DNA of 64,000 nucleotides from Bacteroidota bacterium (GCA_027483445.1 JAIXUS010000008.1:60487-124486); one strand, 5' to 3'. Positions 9,056-22,900 are shown, numbered from the stretch's first letter. The notes: generated by a model not told the origin, from the letters alone. Program-made: numbers and translations.

Positions 9056-11260
9056 TTAACGACGAGGTGAACTCATTCTGTTTCCGCCCGAAGGAGCACT
9101 TGGACGAGGGCTGCTACCCGGACTGCTCATGCGAGGGCTACTCTCCATGCGTGGTGAGCTCATTCTTGGACTACTCTCCATGCGCGGCGAGCTTATTCTT
9201 GGACTACTTTCCATGCGTGGGCTGGATTGCATGCGCTGTTCGCGTTGAGGTGTTTGATAGTTTTGATTCATGTTGCGCTGTTCGCGCTGAGGGCTTTGGT
9301 ACTGCTGAAAGTTATTTTGACGTTCAGGCTGACGTTGGTATTCCTGATAGTTGTTTCTTGGAACCGACTGTGGTTGGCGATACTGCTGTTGTTGCTGCGG
9401 CATCTGCTGGAAATTGTTCCTTGGTTGGCTTTCAGGTTGACGCATCTGCGGCTGCACCGGATTGCGTTGATCCATTTGAGGTTGACGGAAATCCTGCTGA
9501 CGGGGTTGTTGCTGAACAGGTTGATCGGGGCGAACCGATGGATTCATGGGCTGTCGTACATCGTTTGGACGAGTAATGGGCTGTGGTGAATACTGTTCGG
9601 GCCTTGTTGTAGGTTGCTGAGGACGCACAGTGGAAGGCTGCTGAGGGCGGACCACTTCGGGCGTATTATTCCGTATGGCGTTGTTGTAGTTGTAGTTAGG
9701 ATTGTACAACTCTTTCTGTGGAGTGCCCGTTACCGGCTGCCCGGGGCGCGATTGAAGTCCACCATTTGCAGGACTCACACCATTGCCGGGGTTTCGCAAA
9801 TCGTTGGATGGGCGTGTACCGAATGGTGAGCTTGGAGCATTGTCGGAAACTACCTGTGGTTGGTTAGAATTTACCGGAGCGCTGGTATAGTTGTCGGCTT
9901 TAGGGCGAACTACACCTTGCTGAATGAGCTGGTCTTTTCCGCTTCCACCTGAAGTAGCCGGGCTATACTGGTTTACTTTACCGGGCTGCTGAGCCTGAAT
10001 AGGCTGTGTGCCGGTTCCGGTTTGTTTTCCGGGCTGTTGAGCCTGTACAGGCTGAACTCCATTGGAAGTTTGTTTTCCGGGTTGCACAGGAGTGTTTATC
10101 TCCTGTTTTCCGGGACTTGATGGGTTTTGTACTCCACTCACGCCCGGTTTAGCACTGTTGTTCTGAACGTTGCCTGGAAGTTTTCCGCTACCAGAGTTAG
10201 CATTGTTTTGATTTACCGGGGTTGAGCCACCTTTTACATCTTGAGCTGTACCAAGGTTGTTCACCGGTTTTACAACATTACCTCCAGTTGAGTTTACCAC
10301 AGGCATTCCATCTTTTCCACTATGCGCTACAGAAGGCGTCATGCCGAGCTGCTTAGAAAAATTAGAAGTTAAGTTTGGAGCGGTCGTGAAGCCTGAACCT
10401 CCGCCAATACCTCCGGTGTTAGGACCAAATGATACGGGGGCGTTGAAGTTAAAGGTGTTATAATCAAAACTGTTGTAATACACAGGGTTATTGAACATGT
10501 TGTTCATCATCATGCCGTAGGCAAAACCATTGTTAAACCCTTGCTGATAGCCTAAACCGTAGTTGAACGGTGAATGGAAGAAGGGGTTGTAAGCGAATGG
10601 CGACATAAATGGATCGTAGCCCCAGTTATTCCAACGCCAAGGGTTGTTGAAATTCCAAGGATTGTTCCAAGGGTTGTTCCAGGAGTTGAATCCAATATTG
10701 AAGTGCCAGCCTGTGAAAGAGTTCCACCCAAAGTTGACCCCTGGAGTCCAGCTATTCCAACCCCAAGGTACAAATGGATTGAAGAAGGAGTAAGTGGAGT
10801 AGATTGAATTACCAAACATGAATGGATCATAATTGTACCAGTACATGTTTGTGAAGAAAGGGTCGTAATATCCAAAACCCGGCATTGGACGGTGGAAACG
10901 ACGTATGCGGGAAGCGAACATGTAATCGTAATAATCGTCCATGTCGTAATCCACGTCGTAGTAATTGTTTACGATAGGAGCGTCGCCGTTATTGTCGGGC
11001 ATTGAGGTATAGTCGTTTGCGCGCGCTCCGGATTGGTTATCGGGAGCATCAAAGCCGTCCATGTTTTCTACTGATTCGCGTGGGGCGGATTCAGCAGGTT
11101 GACTTTGATTGAGTTTTTTAAGTTGTCGGGCTTCCCTTCGAGCGTCAGCCAACGAATAATATCGGTCGTCGGCCTCAAAGCGAGCGGTGTTCCGGTTGGT
11201 GCTGCAGGAAGTGCTGAGGATCATCAACACAACTCCTGAAAGAATCGGTAGGAGTTTCAT
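9056..11260 (-). CDS. Low-complexity lipoprotein with three compositional zones: N/W/F/Y/P-rich, then Q/P/G-rich, then tandem [12 protein letters not shown]-terminal repeats
   Basis: The start is moved to the internal '[20 protein letters not shown]' (ATG verified at 11260-11258), giving a signal peptide and a Cys lipobox-like site. The rest of the protein has extreme compositional bias. Confidence 0.6.
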   Translation of the reverse strand: MKLLPILSGVVLMILSTSCSTNRNTARFEADDRYYSLADARREARQLKKLNQSQPAESAPRESVENMDGFDAPDNQSGARANDYTSMPDNNGDAPIVNNYYDVDYDMDDYYDYMFASRIRRFHRPMPGFGYYDPFFTNMYWYNYDPFMFGNSIYSTYSFFNPFVPWGWNSWTPGVNFGWNSFTGWHFNIGFNSWNNPWNNPWNFNNPWRWNNWGYDPFMSPFAYNPFFHSPFNYGLGYQQGFNNGFAYGMMMNNMFNNPVYYNSFDYNTFNFNAPVSFGPNTGGIGGGSGFTTAPNLTSNFSKQLGMTPSVAHSGKDGMPVVNSTGGNVVKPVNNLGTAQDVKGGSTPVNQNNANSGSGKLPGNVQNNSAKPGVSGVQNPSSPGKQEINTPVQPGKQTSNGVQPVQAQQPGKQTGTGTQPIQAQQPGKVNQYSPATSGGSGKDQLIQQGVVRPKADNYTSAPVNSNQPQVVSDNAPSSPFGTRPSNDLRNPGNGVSPANGGLQSRPGQPVTGTPQKELYNPNYNYNNAIRNNTPEVVRPQQPSTVRPQQPTTRPEQYSPQPITRPNDVRQPMNPSVRPDQPVQQQPRQQDFRQPQMDQRNPVQPQMRQPESQPRNNFQQMPQQQQQYRQPQSVPRNNYQEYQRQPERQNNFQQYQSPQREQRNMNQNYQTPQREQRMQSSPRMESSPRISSPRMESSPRMSSPRMESSPRMSSPGSSPRPSAPSGGNRMSSPRR
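9097..9228. repeat. Tandem 33-bp coding repeats encoding [11 protein letters not shown]
   Basis: Two near-identical 33-bp units, ctctccatgcg(t/c)gg(t/c)gagct(c/t)attcttggacta, are flanked by degenerate copies. Confidence 0.8.
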
Positions 11261-11372
11261 GGTACCGGGATTATGTAAAGTAAAAAGGGACATTCGGCGA
11301 AGGCAGCGGTTTTGTGTTAATTTTGCCGCTGACGACGCGATTTTTACAAATACCATACCACACAAAAAATAC

Positions 11373-12845
11373 ATGAGTAAAGTATTGGCAAGCCGTGAGG
11401 AAAATTACGCTCAATGGTACAACGATCTGGTAATCAAGGCCGATTTGGCCGATAACTCCGCTGTTCGCGGATGCATGGTCATTAAACCTTATGGTTACGC
11501 CATTTGGGAAAAAATGCAGCAGGCACTCGACCAGATGTTCAAAGACACCGGACATGTGAATGCCTATTTTCCTTTGTTCATTCCGAAATCGTTTTTAAGC
11601 AAAGAAGCGGCACATATTGAAGGTTTTGCCAAAGAGTGCGCTGTGGTAACACACTATCGTTTGAAGAATGATGAAAACGGAAAAGGCGTAATTGTAGATC
11701 CGGAAGCCAAACTTGAAGAGGAGCTCATTGTTCGACCAACATCTGAAACCATTATTTGGAACACCTACCGCGATTGGATTCAGTCGTACCGCGATTTACC
11801 ATTGTTGATTAACCAGTGGGCCAATGTTGTTCGCTGGGAGATGCGTACGCGGCTCTTTTTGCGTACGGCAGAGTTCCTTTGGCAGGAAGGGCATACCGCG
11901 CATGCCACAGCTGAAGAAGCGGTGGAGGAAACCCGTCGAATGCTGGACGTTTATGCCGATTTTGCGGAGAATTTCATGGCCATACCGGTGATTAAAGGTG
12001 TGAAAACGGCCAATGAACGTTTTGCCGGTGCAGTTGACACTTATTGCATCGAGGCGATGATGCAAGACGGTAAAGCCTTACAGGCCGGTACCTCGCACTT
12101 TTTGGGGCAGAACTTCGCCAAAGCATTTGAGGTGAAGTTTACCGGAAAAGATGGAAAACAAGACTACGTTTGGGCTACCTCATGGGGCGTTTCAACACGC
12201 TTGATGGGAGCGTTAATTATGACTCACAGCGACGATAAGGGCTTGGTTTTGCCTCCAAAATTGGCTCCTTTTCAGGTGGTTATCGTTCCAATTTATCGTT
12301 CCGACGAAGAATACCAGACGGTGTGCGATGCCGGGAGATCCATCAAAAAGGAGCTGGAGCGATTCGGCGTGCGGGTAAAACTCGACGACCGCGACACCCA
12401 CAAGCCCGGATTTAAATTTAATGAGTATGAGTTGCGTGGTGTTCCGCTCCGCATTGCCATTGGTCCGCGCGACGTGGCCAACGGAACAGTTGAGGTAGCC
12501 CGCCGCGATACCTTGGAAAAAGAAGTGCTGCAGTTGGCAGACCTGAGTAATAAGGTAGTACACTTGCTTGAGCAAATTCAGCAAAACTTGTATACAAAGG
12601 CTCTGTCGCACCGCGAACAAAACACCCACAGGGCAGACCATTGGGACGAGTTCATTCAAAAACTCGATATTGGAGGATTCGTTTATGCCCATTGGGATGG
12701 AACTGCCGAAACGGAAGAGAAAATTAAAACACTCACCAAGGCAACCATTCGTTGCATACCTTTAGGCAATCCTTCGGAGGAAGGAGCCTGTATCTTAACC
12801 GGAAAACCATCTACCCAACGGGTTATTTTTGCCCGTGCATATTGA
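11373..12845 (+). CDS. proS: Proline--tRNA ligase (archaeal/eukaryotic-type class II ProRS)
   Basis: The '[19 protein letters not shown]' N-terminus and class II aaRS motifs are present. The ATG is verified at 11373. It is transcribed divergently from the lipoprotein gene. Confidence 0.9.
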   Translation: MSKVLASREENYAQWYNDLVIKADLADNSAVRGCMVIKPYGYAIWEKMQQALDQMFKDTGHVNAYFPLFIPKSFLSKEAAHIEGFAKECAVVTHYRLKNDENGKGVIVDPEAKLEEELIVRPTSETIIWNTYRDWIQSYRDLPLLINQWANVVRWEMRTRLFLRTAEFLWQEGHTAHATAEEAVEETRRMLDVYADFAENFMAIPVIKGVKTANERFAGAVDTYCIEAMMQDGKALQAGTSHFLGQNFAKAFEVKFTGKDGKQDYVWATSWGVSTRLMGALIMTHSDDKGLVLPPKLAPFQVVIVPIYRSDEEYQTVCDAGRSIKKELERFGVRVKLDDRDTHKPGFKFNEYELRGVPLRIAIGPRDVANGTVEVARRDTLEKEVLQLADLSNKVVHLLEQIQQNLYTKALSHREQNTHRADHWDEFIQKLDIGGFVYAHWDGTAETEEKIKTLTKATIRCIPLGNPSEEGACILTGKPSTQRVIFARAY

Positions 12846-12852
12846 TTGAACT

Positions 12853-13539
12853 ATGGCGAATGCAGAGGAACTTATCCTTCAAACCCTCAAAGAGAAAGCC
12901 TGCTTAAAACAGGATATCTTCAAGCTGACCATCGATATTTTTGATGAGTTTAAGCAGGAACTCAGAAAAATTGCCGTTTCGCTCAATGAGCAGATTCAGC
13001 AGGTCGATAAGCGGGTGGTAATTGAGTACCACGAACGTTCGCCTTTTTCAATTTACATCAGAACTGCCGGCGATTTGCTCGTATTTGAAATGCACACCAA
13101 TGTGTTTCTTTTCGACAGCCAGCATAAGATATGGAATTTGAGCTACCTCGATGAGGACAGTACCCGTGGCTATTGCGGTTTAATCTCGATGTACAACTTC
13201 CTGTCAGATTCGATGAAGTACAAGCGAGTGAATGACGTTGGATATCTCATTGGTCGCTTGTTTGTGAACAAAGACAGACATTTTATCGTGGAAGGCAAGC
13301 GACAGATGGGGTTTTTGTACAACAATTTCTCTGCTGATGTTCTGAATTCAGAGCGTATTCGCGAGGTGATTCATTCAGCGATACTCTTCGTTTTGAATTT
13401 CGATTTGCTCACACCTCCGTATGAGGCGGTTCAGGAGGCTTCGATAAATCAGCTGAATGAAAATGCACAAATGATGAATTCGATAACCGGTAAGCGCCTC
13501 GGTTTTCGTTTTCACAATGATGAGGACCAGATTGTATGA
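12853..13539 (+). CDS. Hypothetical protein
   Basis: This is a 228-aa ORF in an operon position after proS, with no recognisable motif. Confidence 0.45.
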   Translation: MANAEELILQTLKEKACLKQDIFKLTIDIFDEFKQELRKIAVSLNEQIQQVDKRVVIEYHERSPFSIYIRTAGDLLVFEMHTNVFLFDSQHKIWNLSYLDEDSTRGYCGLISMYNFLSDSMKYKRVNDVGYLIGRLFVNKDRHFIVEGKRQMGFLYNNFSADVLNSERIREVIHSAILFVLNFDLLTPPYEAVQEASINQLNENAQMMNSITGKRLGFRFHNDEDQIV

Positions 13540-13934
13540 AATACCTGCTTTACACACTTGCATTTGCTGTAGTGTGGCAAGTAGGGAAAACACAGGTTTT
13601 AGATTATCATCAAATCAGAATCGATACTTCTTTAGCCGTTCAGGTAAGTCGTTTGGCCGGTGATGACAACGTGAGCAGCTTTGTTATTGTTGTAAACGAT
13701 TCGGTTCAGGCGCATTTTCATCAAAACCATGCAGAGCATGTGTATGTTCTTGAAGGAAGCGGTTCGATGCGACTTGGAGATCAGCGATTTGAAGTAAAGG
13801 CCGGAGATTTTGTTTTCATCCCGCAGGGAGTCATCCACGCAGTGAGACCCCGCAAAGGCCAAGCCTTAAAAGTGCTTTCCATTCAGGCGCCTGCGTTCGA
13901 TGGAAGCGACCGAGTGCTTGTTCCCCAAAAATAA
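13536..13934 (+). CDS. Cupin-domain protein with a signal peptide
   Basis: It has the cupin two-His motif region 'HFHQNHAEHVYVLEGSG...GDFVFIPQGVIHA'. Its start overlaps the upstream stop by 4 nt. Confidence 0.7.
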   Translation: MKYLLYTLAFAVVWQVGKTQVLDYHQIRIDTSLAVQVSRLAGDDNVSSFVIVVNDSVQAHFHQNHAEHVYVLEGSGSMRLGDQRFEVKAGDFVFIPQGVIHAVRPRKGQALKVLSIQAPAFDGSDRVLVPQK

Positions 13935-13935
13935 A

Positions 13936-13962
13936 CCCCTGCAAGCATAAAGCTCACAGGGG
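13936..13962 (-). terminator. Hairpin between convergent genes; likely a rho-independent terminator for the giant gene
   Basis: The stem cccctg...cagggg is followed on the minus strand by uuuauuuuuggg. Confidence 0.5.
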
Positions 13963-13981
13963 CAAACGGTTAAGGTTAGGT

Positions 13982-16900
13982 TTACCGTTTAATTATGGAT
14001 CTGCTGCCTTCGAATTCGATACGTTTGTCGTTGCTGATGTTTAAGTGATACACACCTGCCGGTAAGTCGTTAATGTCGAGGCGAATGCTGGAGCGGCCCT
14101 CTGAAATTTCGATGGGTGCCGACAAGAGTAACTGCCCGGCCGTGCTGAATATCGAAATGTTGGCCTTGGTTGCCTGATCGGCATTTAACTGTAGATCAAC
14201 AAATGCGCTTGCCGGATTTGGCGATAGTTGCAAGGTGTTGGTGGTGAATTGTTTACAGCTTACAAAAACAGGGTCGAAAATTTCGAAGTTTCCGTTAAAG
14301 TCGGTTTGACGCAAGCGCAGGTAACTTCCTTTTGAACCGCCAGGCTTAAGCGTAGCTTCATAACTTCTGGTGGTGTTTGAATTCCCTGCACCCTCGATAG
14401 CATATACCTTTTTCCAGCTGAGTGCATCTTCACTTTCTTCCAATTCGAACAAGCGATTATTAGCCTCTGATGCGGTGCTCCATCGAACCAAATACTGTTC
14501 TCCCAAGCATTCGGCTTCAAATGTTGCTAGTTTAATCGGTAAGGCATTGTTCTCTCTTGAACCACCTGTCCAAGTTGAAAATTCGGCAATATTACTCTTA
14601 ACAAGTTGGTTGTTGGTTGCATCGAGTGTTGCCCATTGAACATTCCAATACGCTCCATCGAAACGCCACAAGTCAAGCTCATTTTCGGCAATTGTTCCAA
14701 GTGGTGTGATAAGCTCATTGTCGAAGTAATTGAACTTTAGTGTTGCGTTGAGATTGCTGTTATTGGTTGGATGGATTTCATAGTACCTGTTAATCCCAAA
14801 ACCAGCATTGTAGGTTTGCTGTTGATGCCCTCTCACTACAGTAGTAAGCCCCATGTTGTTTGCACAGGTTAAGGTTGCCCCGAGCCCTGCCACATTCATA
14901 TCGCTAATGTTATTGAGGACACGCTGAGCGGTTATTGTGCCACTTGAACCCTGAATGCGGTTTTCGCTGTTTTCGTTAATTACCGTTCCTGTTGTACTCA
15001 GTTGGATGCTATTCCCATTTAGTTCAACATCGCCCGAAAGTAGATTGAGGTTCCCGAGTACGGTGATTGGAGTAGCCAAAAACAAGGCAAGGTCGCTCGC
15101 TGCTTTGTTAATGGTAAGGTTTGTAAATGTTGATGGCTGTCCCATTAACCGCGAAACTTGAGTTCCACTGAGTGTAACCGGACGACCATTCAAGCTTAGC
15201 TGTCCACCTACGTTTAAATCGCGCTGAATTTCAAGTGAGGCATCATTGTTTAGCGAAAGGCCAGAACCGGTGAGTATATTCAGGTTCGTTCCTGAAATAA
15301 AGTCGCCACTGAGTGTAGAGCTGCTATTGTTGATAATCATAGCCCCATTGCCTTGGGTAGCCCCACCTTGCGACTGAATGTTTCCAAAGACACTTAAGTT
15401 GTGGGTTGCAGGAATATTGATTATAACTCCCGAAGCCATTGACAAATCGCGACAAATGCCATTTGATCCGCTATGAATCGATGGCTGATTGGCCACCAAT
15501 CCTATAGTTACGTCATCGTTCATGTCTGGAACTTCGTTCGGCTGCCAATTGCCGGCAAGATTCCAGTTTGTATTCACATTTCCGGTCCAAATAAGTCCTT
15601 CAACAGCCTCTCCGGCCTGAAATAATCCAAATGCCGTTAATCCTGTGGTTTCGGTGAACAAAGGTTGGCCGGTGTTACTGCCATTCATGGTCCATAAGCC
15701 TCCTAGAAGTCGCGATGTTCTGAACGACAGTGGGTTGGCAGATGGGTCAAGGTCATTCGCGTTGAAGTTAAAACGTGCAGTGTAAGACGAGAAGCCAAGC
15801 AGCGACTGTGCACTCAGCGTCCATGTGCGGTTTACCGATTTTTGACTGTTAATGCCACTGAGGTACATGTCGGGATGATCGCCGGCGCTAGTGCTGGCCA
15901 TGAGACTGCCGCCATTGCCAATGGTACCGCTGAAACTAATTGCTACAGGGGCATACAGATTTTCATCGCCAACTTCAAAGTTTACAGCGGAAGTGGCTGA
16001 TTGAAGGCGTTTACGAAGATTGCCATGCACATAACTACTTGAGGATCCGCCCACCACAGTTCCCGACAATCCGATAATCAGTTCGTTGGCGTTGGTTTGT
16101 ACTAAACCTTGCATCAGGTTTAGGTGTAGAACATTCATTGAGGCTGTTAGCTCTTTTACACCGCCATTCACTATGCGAAGAGTGGTAAAATTGGTAGCTC
16201 CGCTGAGTGTTTGATTGGTTCCGTTCAATTCTACAATCCCCAGGCCTCCCGGAATAAAGCCACCCAAACCAACAAGGTTTGTCCAGTTTCCTTTTATCTG
16301 CATTTGGCGGTTAAATGTATTCGATACTTGGCCCGCCGAAATGAGCACATTGCCATTGATGATCAGATCGGCAGCCGGTAAGGTTTTAACACCTGAGCCG
16401 CTGAATGTTAAATGGTTGTAAACTGTTTGTACGGGAAGTGTAGCCGAAGAATTGGAACTATACTCAAAAGTTCCACCTACCGACGACACAAAGGCATTGT
16501 AGTTACCGCCCGGGAAAATAAAGGTGTTAGAGGGCGTTGGTGTAATTCTTACCAAACCGGTTCCGCTTACTACTCCAAAGTTGTGTCCGAACGTATTGCC
16601 GAGCACCAGATTGCCGTGGAGTACTGATGTTGGCGCGTTCTTATTGTTATCGGTAACGGTAATGGTGTGTCCGCTGGCGATGACAATATTTTTTCCGCTA
16701 GGCGCAACGGTTGCCGGCGGTCCATCATGTTGCAAGGTAATGTCGGTAGACCATGCGTTAAGGTCGTTCCAATTGCCTCCACTGGTAGCATTGCGGCTAA
16801 AGTAGGTTTGGATGATTCCAAACTCCGTGCTTTCGCCGGCCGTAAAGTCGCCGTTTAGATAGTTTACTGCACTCAGCGTTATTCTATCTGTGGCAGCATT

Positions 16901-19900
16901 TACAGTCGATGGAATTCCGCCCACAGGCACCCAAACGTTGTTGAAGTAACGACCAGCGCGGTAGTTCGCTTCTGTACCGTTGAGAGCATCACCGGGGAAG
17001 TAGGAGTATTGGTGGTTATAGGTTGCTCCAGGTGAGAAGCCGCTGCTAATCACACTCCAATAGAATTCGAGCTCAAGATTCGCAGCATCGGTTGTGGCAG
17101 GGTGTTTAATGTTTACCGGCTTCGCCGTGATGACACCTGCAGTTGAATTACCTGAAATACTGTATTCGGCTGGAGTGTACTTTAAGGTTGTTCCGAAAGG
17201 GAAATTGAAACTCATTTCTCCTGCCGCAAATTGTTTTCTCACTCCGGCATCCGACACTACACCATTCAACCGAATCATCATGTTTGGATTGATGGCTCCT
17301 GTTGCATTGGCATTCGCTGCAAAATTCAGCAGGAAGTTATTGATGTATAAAATGCCCTGGCTGAAATTGAGGTTCTCGTTGATGGTGAGTGCGGCGGTAA
17401 GCTCGGCACCCACCGAATTGGAAAGACGGAGCTTATCGATTGTAGCCTGTCCATTGCCCTGTATCAATTGATTGGTTGTTCCTCCAAGAACGAGGTAACC
17501 ACTTTCAGAGAAAACGTCATGCTGGCTTTGCACGTTGCCCAACACAGTCATGTTGTTGTTGCCTAAACTCAGGTCGCCTGCCGTTAGCGTTAAACTCCCG
17601 TTTACCCTTACCTGAGTATTGTTTTGCAATTGGATCGTAGCGGTAGGGTTGGTATTATGGATAACTAGGTTGGCAAAATTGGTCAGGTTGTTCAATACAC
17701 CAGTAATGAGCTGGCTTGAAGTAGAACCATTCATTGTTGTAATTTGCCCACTTGTTCCGGGTTTAAATCCTCCCGCATTAAGACCAATGGCACTGCTGGT
17801 ATGGGTGTTGGTGAAGTTTCCTCCAATATTGACATCAAAACCATTTGCTCTAAATTCGGAATTACCCTCAATAAAAAAATTGTTTAACACGTTGAGGGCC
17901 GCATTGGTGTTATTCACGAATTTATTGGTTGTTTGGCCATCGATACGGATATTGTAAAAAGGACTCAGAGAATACAGGTTAAATGAAGAGTTGGAAGGAG
18001 TATTGGCTGTTCCAATTACGACTTCACCTCCGGTCATTGAGAAGCTTGAAGGCGTTAAATAAATATCACCGAAAAAGTTGGATGGCAATCCTGAGCGATC
18101 GAGAATGAGCAAAGCGTTTTCCGTCATAGAAAACGAAGAGCCCTGGTTGAGAATTTCGAATTTTGCCCTGTCGAGATTGAAAGAACTCGCTGTTTCAGGG
18201 TTTTTTCCGCGTACAAGCACAGTGCTGTTTCCCGACTGCGAGTACTGCACGCTTCCTTGAACAGAGAATGTGCTTCTTCTGAACTGTCCATTGATGTTGA
18301 GCACACCATTGTTGCGCACATCTACCGATGGAGTTCCTGCAGCGCTGTATTCAAGGTCGTTGTGAGCTGTATTGCTTGCGGCACCGATGTTTACTGTACC
18401 ATCGAGAATTTCCAGTTGCCCGGCTAAAACTACATCTGAACCATTTGAGTTGTGTTGGGTGAGGTTTAGAATTGCTGATGGGTGGTTTACCGAAAGCTTT
18501 GTGCGCGCAGGAATTGAAAAGCTAAGATTGCTTTCATTGTTGATAAGCAACGAAACTGCCTTCGAAACACGGAATGTTCCGTTCATCAGGTTTAACCAGC
18601 TGCTGTTTGGCACCTGAATGTTACCGGCCATGGTTAGGTTGGTAAGCAGGGAGGCATCATCGCCTTTGTTGATGTGCAGCTGGAAGAAACTGGCAACAGC
18701 AGAAGCGTTGCTGCCATCAATAACAGCGGCCGAGTTTCCGGTCATCTCAATAATCCACTTTGAACTCTCGTTGCAACGCAGGTTACCGTTGATGCTCAAA
18801 TTTCCGTGCAGTTGGATGCGGTGCGATACGCCTGAAGCATGTGTGGCATTAACTGTAGCATCTGGACCTACAGTCATATTGCCAGCAATGTTCAGGATTT
18901 GTGCAAATTCACTTCTCGCGCTAAGTCGTCCTCCACTAACATTAAGGTTTCCACGAATTGTTATGGCATGCGAGGTATTTTCGGCCAGTGAGGCTTCTGC
19001 AGAAGGGGAATTACTGGTGATAGTAAGATCTTCGAAAATGGTAAGGTCGCGACCGGGCATGATGATTCGGTTGTTACTGCCAGGATTAATAATCAGGTTC
19101 CGATAGCTTGGAATTTCCATCAATGTGGGCGAAGCTGTTTGTGCAGGAATTGTGAAATTGCTGCCAACAGTGTAATATTCAGCAGTTCCACCATCGGGCT
19201 GGAAAAAGAGTCCAAAGTCGCCAGCAGGGAATTGTGCCGTTGCAGTGCTAGACGAAATGCGGATTTTACCGGCTCCTCCTGCGGTAGAGTAGGGTAGAGC
19301 CCCAAAGTTATTGCCTTGTGTGGTGCCTAAATCGAGCGTTGAGCCGGCATTAATGAGCAATGAGCCGGCAAGGGTGTTGTTTTGTGTAACAGTAACTGTG
19401 TGGTTAAACATAGAGCCATCACCAATAAAAACAGGAACATTCGCATTGGGAATGCTGCTTGATGCCGTTCCATTATGTCCAATGTTTGACCATGTTGCCG
19501 AGCTGTTCCAGTTTCCGTTTGCGCGGCTGTAAAATGGCACAACTGTTCCAAACGCTGCAGGTATACCGGCTGTATAATCGCCTTCAAATTTGTTAAACGG
19601 GCTAAACTGGATATCGTTTGTGCTCTCATTCACCGCGTTAACGTTGTTTACTGTTGTGTAAGCTATTTCGGCGTAGTTGTAGTACCCTGGAATGTAAGCT
19701 GTATTATCGGGTAGGTTCCCATAATTGAAGGTGAGGTTTATGGAGTTTGCTGCAATGCCACTAAACCCGTTTTGGTTGAGTTTCCAATAGTATGAGAATG
19801 CATTGGGGTTGGTAACATACAATTGCTGCGCGTTAACAGGTCGAAGGTCAATAGTTCCTATTGTTGCAGGAGCAGTTGTAAATGCTACTGTAGCCGGAGT

Positions 19901-22900
19901 GTAGTTGGTGCCGGTACCGAATGGAAAGATGAAACTAAGAGCAGCCGGAGCATAGGTTTTTGCAATACCTCCATCGGAGAGGAATCCACGGGTTTTGATA
20001 AATCGGGTTGATGAAAATCCGCCAGCTCCGGCAGTAATGGTAGCGGTTGCATCGACCGTTAATCGGAAGTTTTGAATGTCGAAAACCCTTTCTGTGTTGA
20101 GGTTTAGGTTGGCGTTTACCCTAAATCCTGCCGTGGCAGCGGTTTGTACAGATCCAGTACTTCCACCTGAATTCGAGAGGGTTAGGTTCCGTATTTCACC
20201 GTCACCGTCACCGAAGATAGTTTGTAAGTTACTACCGCTCAAGTTAATGGCTGCGGTGCCTGTTCCATAAATTCGGGTGTTGTTTGTAACGTTCGCATCC
20301 ACATTCAGATTTTTATTGGCATGGTTGAGTTCACCCATATTCACCAATAAATTTCCTCGAATATTCAGCTGAGTTGCCGCTCCAGTAATCTGAAGTGTAC
20401 TATTTCCAGGCTTATCTAATACAAGTGAGTTTATCCCAGTATTTGTATTTGGCTGATAAGGGCTTGCAGTACTTCCGCTTTCAACTTTCATTCCCCACAC
20501 GTAAATACCCATTGCTGTGTTACCTACATATGAAGTTTGGCAGCTTCCATTACCTAGGGCGAGGCGCGCTTGGTATTGATTGCTACCATTTGATGTTGCG
20601 CTAATCCGATACCAACCATCGGCGAGGGCTGTAATTGAAGTACCCTGAATTCCGCCGGATGTTGAGGTTACACTGCCGCCGCCGGTAAGATTAAAGTTAG
20701 CAACGGCCACCGAAGCGCCTGGGCCAACCTGTAAAGAAACACAGTTCCTTCCGGCCGGTTTAACATGAATAGATACTGTTACCTGACCGCCAGCACTTGG
20801 TATTGTTGGTGTACTAAAGCGGTGAAGGCCGTTTTCGGTTGTTTCATTCAGGAGTTCGGCACTTTGTACTCCATTGGGTGAAATCCCCGAATTTTGAGTT
20901 GAAGTGAGACGTTCGAAGGAATAATTGGTTCCCGGTATAATTGCTTCAGGTCCATTAATCAAGCTAGATCCACCAGAACTCTCAAAAAGGGTAACACCAT
21001 TCAATGCGAAATTCTGTGTTGAATTACTGATAAATCGAATAGAGTTGTTCCCGGAAATGAGGGTAGAATTGGAATTGATATTCAAATTTCCGGCAATTAT
21101 CAGGTCCTGATCCATCGCATTCAAAGCAGGAGAATTGCTGCTTAAAATGGTTAGATCGTTTAAAATTGTTAAGTCCGACGCAGGTACGTTGGTGCGGGTT
21201 GCTTCAGAGCCTGTTATCGACCAGTCGACAGAATTCAATCGAACCTGTGCAGTTCCGGCAGTAGCTCTGCCAATGTTGACCGTATGCAAAGGCACAGTGG
21301 AGGTAACATCGAGGTGTATGTTTCCAGTTGTATTGAAGTTAACGGTACCACCACTCACCTCATAGTTTGCAGAAGTTGAGGCTACCATGAATCCCCCGTT
21401 TGGCGTAATACCGCCTGTTGAGGTTCGGGTGATTGTAATAGTGCCTCCCGACATTTTGAACACATTTTCGGGATATGGAAGCGAGAAAATTGAATAAAAG
21501 CTTTGCTCGGTACCCCCATTTCCAAGAAGATTAAGCGTTCCGGAAGTCATTTCGAAAGAACCCCTGTGGGTTGTTGCGGTTACCGAAGTTCTGATGATTC
21601 CGGCAACAACGGTACCACCAAAAATTTCAATTGCACCGGATTCACGGATCACAATAGCCTTTTGCCCGTTCTGACACGTAAATGTACCCGAAGTAATTCG
21701 AATTGTTCCGTAAGGAACTACTGCACCACCTAAACCACCATCGGTAATGTTTGCGCCATCAATCCATAAACGTGGAACCGCAGTGGGGCTTCCCAAATCG
21801 AAGTTTCCACCTCCACCTCCAATAAGCACGGGTATATTGATGTTTTCGCCAAAACGTAAAGTGCCATTTCCGTTGACCTGGAAAGTGTTTCCTCGATTTA
21901 CAAAAGAGACATTTGCCCCGGAAGCGGCAGCTACAAGAAGCTGAAAGCCGGTTGATTTCGTTGAGCTGAATCCATAAAATGTGGTGTTACTTCCTGCATT
22001 TAGCTGGATGCTTGTATTGGCATTACTACCCTGTATATTCAGGTTTGCAGCGCCATTTGTGGCATTGGCGTAATCGGCACTATTGGTAAAGTCAATGGTT
22101 CCGCTGCTGGTAAGGTTGCCATGAATATTAATCGTATGAACAGCATTGAAATTACCGGTTAGCCATGTGCATCCGCCACCTAAAGCAACATTGCGCATAA
22201 TGGTAATTGTTCGTGGGGTGGTTGAGTTGCCTACAACAAAAGTATTAGTGCCTGAACCGGTGCGGTCAAGGCTTAAGTTACCATTAATGGTGAGGTTATG
22301 ATTCAGAATCAGGCTCGTAGCTGTTGAAGTACTGTTCGTGTACTCGAGGTTGTTGTAAGTGTTTAGTGTACTATTCAACTCCAGTGGCGTTGCTCCAATG
22401 TTGTAGTATTCAATTGTTCCTCCTGTGGAACTCACGAATTGGGTGTAATTGCCGTTAGGCAGTGATGTGGATGACAACCGGAGTTTCCCTTCACCGCTGA
22501 TGGGACCAAATTGATGGCCTGAAGAGCTGCCTAAGTCGAGCACTCCGCCTTGTTGAATGGTAACTGAGCCAACTGTTGTTGCCGCAGCCATATTGTTTAC
22601 AGTACGGCCATTGAGGATTATTATTTGATCTCCGGCTTGAGGTACCATCGGGCTTACCAAGGTGTTGCCTGAAGGGTCGGTTGTCCAGGTGTTGGCTGAG
22701 TTCCAATCGCCCGATTGATATGAATACAAGGCTGAACGCATGGTTGGGTCGATGGCTGTCCACGAACCACTTAAGATGGTGGTACCGTTTGAGGTAAACG
22801 GATTAGAGCCCGGGGCGGAAGGAGAGTTTGGTATGATTAGATTATTGCCATCCCACAAGCGTGGAGAATACAGCGAAACCGAGCCAATTACTTCTTCAGG

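Noticed and set aside
9067-10875. Plus-strand ORFs (169, 120, 71, 68, 77 aa) and a minus-strand 107-aa ORF inside the low-complexity lipoprotein gene
   Set aside because: They are generated by the repetitive, biased coding sequence on the opposite strand or in an alternative frame, and have no signal or motif support.
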